From positions 1-28,880 of the forward strand of contig DAIDJN010000066.1 of NCBI GenBank assembly GCA_027451365.1: a stretch of 28,880 nucleotides of DNA, in the 5' to 3' direction. The notes under the pieces are model-generated. The model was not told the DNA's origin. It was given only the letters and a program-made list of their open reading frames with translations, and did not search any database. Positions 27,359-28,880 of this stretch are shown here, one piece after another (the stretch's first letter is position 1; each line of letters begins with the position of its first letter). The translations under genes were made by a program, and so were the position numbers. The stretch comes from Phycisphaerales bacterium (GTDB taxonomy: Bacteria > Planctomycetota > Phycisphaerae > WQYP01).

Positions 27359-28378
27359 TCATGGCTGCGAGGTTGATCGGCCCGAAGGGTTGCCAATATT
27401 GGTCGTTGATACCTGGGTGTGCGATTGCCCTTTAGCAGTAGCAGCAAGGGCCGGTGTCGCGGTAATTGCTAAGACGTTGAAGTCACCCCCCATTGCCTGA
27501 TCGAACAGATCTACTCCGTTGATAGTGCCCTTGGTGGTTCCAGTTACGGGGGGCACCAGTTGTGTCGGGTTGGCCCCAAATGAATTCAGCGTTAACTTGT
27601 AAGCGCCTTTGGCGTCCAAACTGAATGATGCGGTCAGACCGGCCTGAAGCTGTGAATCGGTCAGGCCGGTAAGCGAGCTATGGGTGCCCGTGCCATCGGT
27701 AATATTGGTTTCCAGTTGATAACTGCCGGTACTGTTGGTCTGTCCGTTGAGGGTCTCACCCGGTGCCACAGCGGTGAGGCTGAAGGTGAAAACCGCCTCA
27801 GGATTCGCATACGATTGAGCCTTGTATTTATGGGAGCCGAGGGTCATGCTTGTGGTAACGATGGTTAAGGCCTTGGGAGTTGCCGATTGCAATGTGAATC
27901 CGATAGCAGGAAGCTTTAAATGACGAAACTTGCCAGAGGAAGGAACACCCGTGGCAACCCCGCCGCTGTCCATCGAAACGCTGAAGGTCTGCCCGGCAGC
28001 GAGAGGATTATTGAACGGACGGTACAGGTCGATGCGAGGCGGTGCACTACCGGCTTTCCCACCATTGGCAAACACATTCCATTGATTACTGGCAGTCGCA
28101 ATTGGGGATACTGATGGATTTTTGGTGCCAGGGCCGTCATTAAAAAGACCTGCGTAACCTCCTCCACTACCCGTCACCGTCCAAGCACCGAAGCCGTAGC
28201 CTGGATTGGAACCGGTGCTCGGAGTCGTTGTCGTGGTGCCATTGGTGTAAATGGCAGCAGTATCGAGTGCAATGTCGGTGGCATGGGCGACGGTCCCGGC
28301 CACACCTAATGCGGCTAACCCCAGCGCCAGGCCCAGCAGCGAGGTCCGCGACCGATCAAGTGAATGGATGATAGTCAT
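27359..28378 (-). CDS. Secreted Thr/Gly/Ser-rich hypothetical protein, resembling PEP-CTERM-type ectodomains but with no PEP-CTERM tail
   Basis: Signal peptide LLGLALGLAALGVAGTVAHA/TD; GSNPGYGFGAW and RPF..PL..GQTFS...D patterns; hydrophilic C-terminus. ATG 28378 preferred as start. Confidence 0.75.
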   Translation of the reverse strand: MTIIHSLDRSRTSLLGLALGLAALGVAGTVAHATDIALDTAAIYTNGTTTTTPSTGSNPGYGFGAWTVTGSGGGYAGLFNDGPGTKNPSVSPIATASNQWNVFANGGKAGSAPPRIDLYRPFNNPLAAGQTFSVSMDSGGVATGVPSSGKFRHLKLPAIGFTLQSATPKALTIVTTSMTLGSHKYKAQSYANPEAVFTFSLTAVAPGETLNGQTNSTGSYQLETNITDGTGTHSSLTGLTDSQLQAGLTASFSLDAKGAYKLTLNSFGANPTQLVPPVTGTTKGTINGVDLFDQAMGGDFNVLAITATPALAATAKGQSHTQVSTTNIGNPSGRSTSQP

Positions 28379-28880
28379 GAAAACTCTTCTAAATAATGAT
28401 AAGAAAACACAAACAATGCCTTTATTCATAACGAATGAATAAAGGCTCATACACACGCAACTGGACGGCTATCTACACGCAAAGCCAAATCAGGTTTCGT
28501 ACACAAAACCTTCATTCTTGACTCCCAATATCACTGTGAGCGCCGGCGGGCTCGAATCTACCGTTTATGACCGGTAGAGATGCAAAACAAAATGTCGAAA
28601 CACAACCGCAGACTCGCTTTGCTCAGAACCATCCGCACAGACATTTTTCACAAACCGACAAACTGTGTTTGTCAATGGACAAATCCAAAATTTCTTTATT
28701 TTATTTCCGAGGGCTTTAACCCGGATATTTCATCACCAAGGGCTGGCCCACGATGGCAACTCCGGATTGACGATATTCTTAATCCGCAATCCGCTTTTTC
28801 CATTTGCAGTGGGTGAGTTTACGGGCATCCCAGTCTGATTATTGTTTATAGGAAATGTTTCGGCGTGACCATCAAAGCAG

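Noticed and set aside
1..28880. CRISPR arrays, tRNA/rRNA genes, prophage or defence genes
   Set aside because: I saw no regularly spaced short repeats, cloverleaf or rRNA signatures, or such protein motifs by eye.

Overview
Bacterial chromosomal window, very probably from a Planctomycetota (Phycisphaerae-like) genome. This is inferred from the DUF1559 pseudopilin, the PVC-type ECF sigma/FecR-LamG pair and the PEP-CTERM protein. Left to right: a probable IS right end (1-141) that truncates a GH116-like glycosidase; an RbsBAC-like monosaccharide ABC transporter; a NiCoT Ni/Co permease with a candidate structured leader; a GT4 glycosyltransferase; a degenerate ArsM-like methyltransferase; an orphan membrane-anchored protein; a co-oriented ECF sigma > FecR/LamG anti-sigma > DUF1559 > PEP-CTERM module; trpD; galK; an ArnT-like GT-C/GT2 pair; a 146-bp MITE-like element; and three exported proteins (Tat-GH31, Tat-GH55-like, and a PEP-CTERM-like protein lacking its sorting tail). 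The most notable unexplained structures are: (i) a ~370-bp diverged upstream/RBS/start-codon cassette duplicated in front of the non-homologous GH31 and GH55 genes, (ii) a three-way-junction RNA candidate upstream of the NiCoT gene, (iii) a MITE-like element whose end matches the IS end at the window start at 16/17 nt, and (iv) the ECF/DUF1559/PEP-CTERM module. All family calls come from motif recognition by eye; no database searches or folding programs were run.
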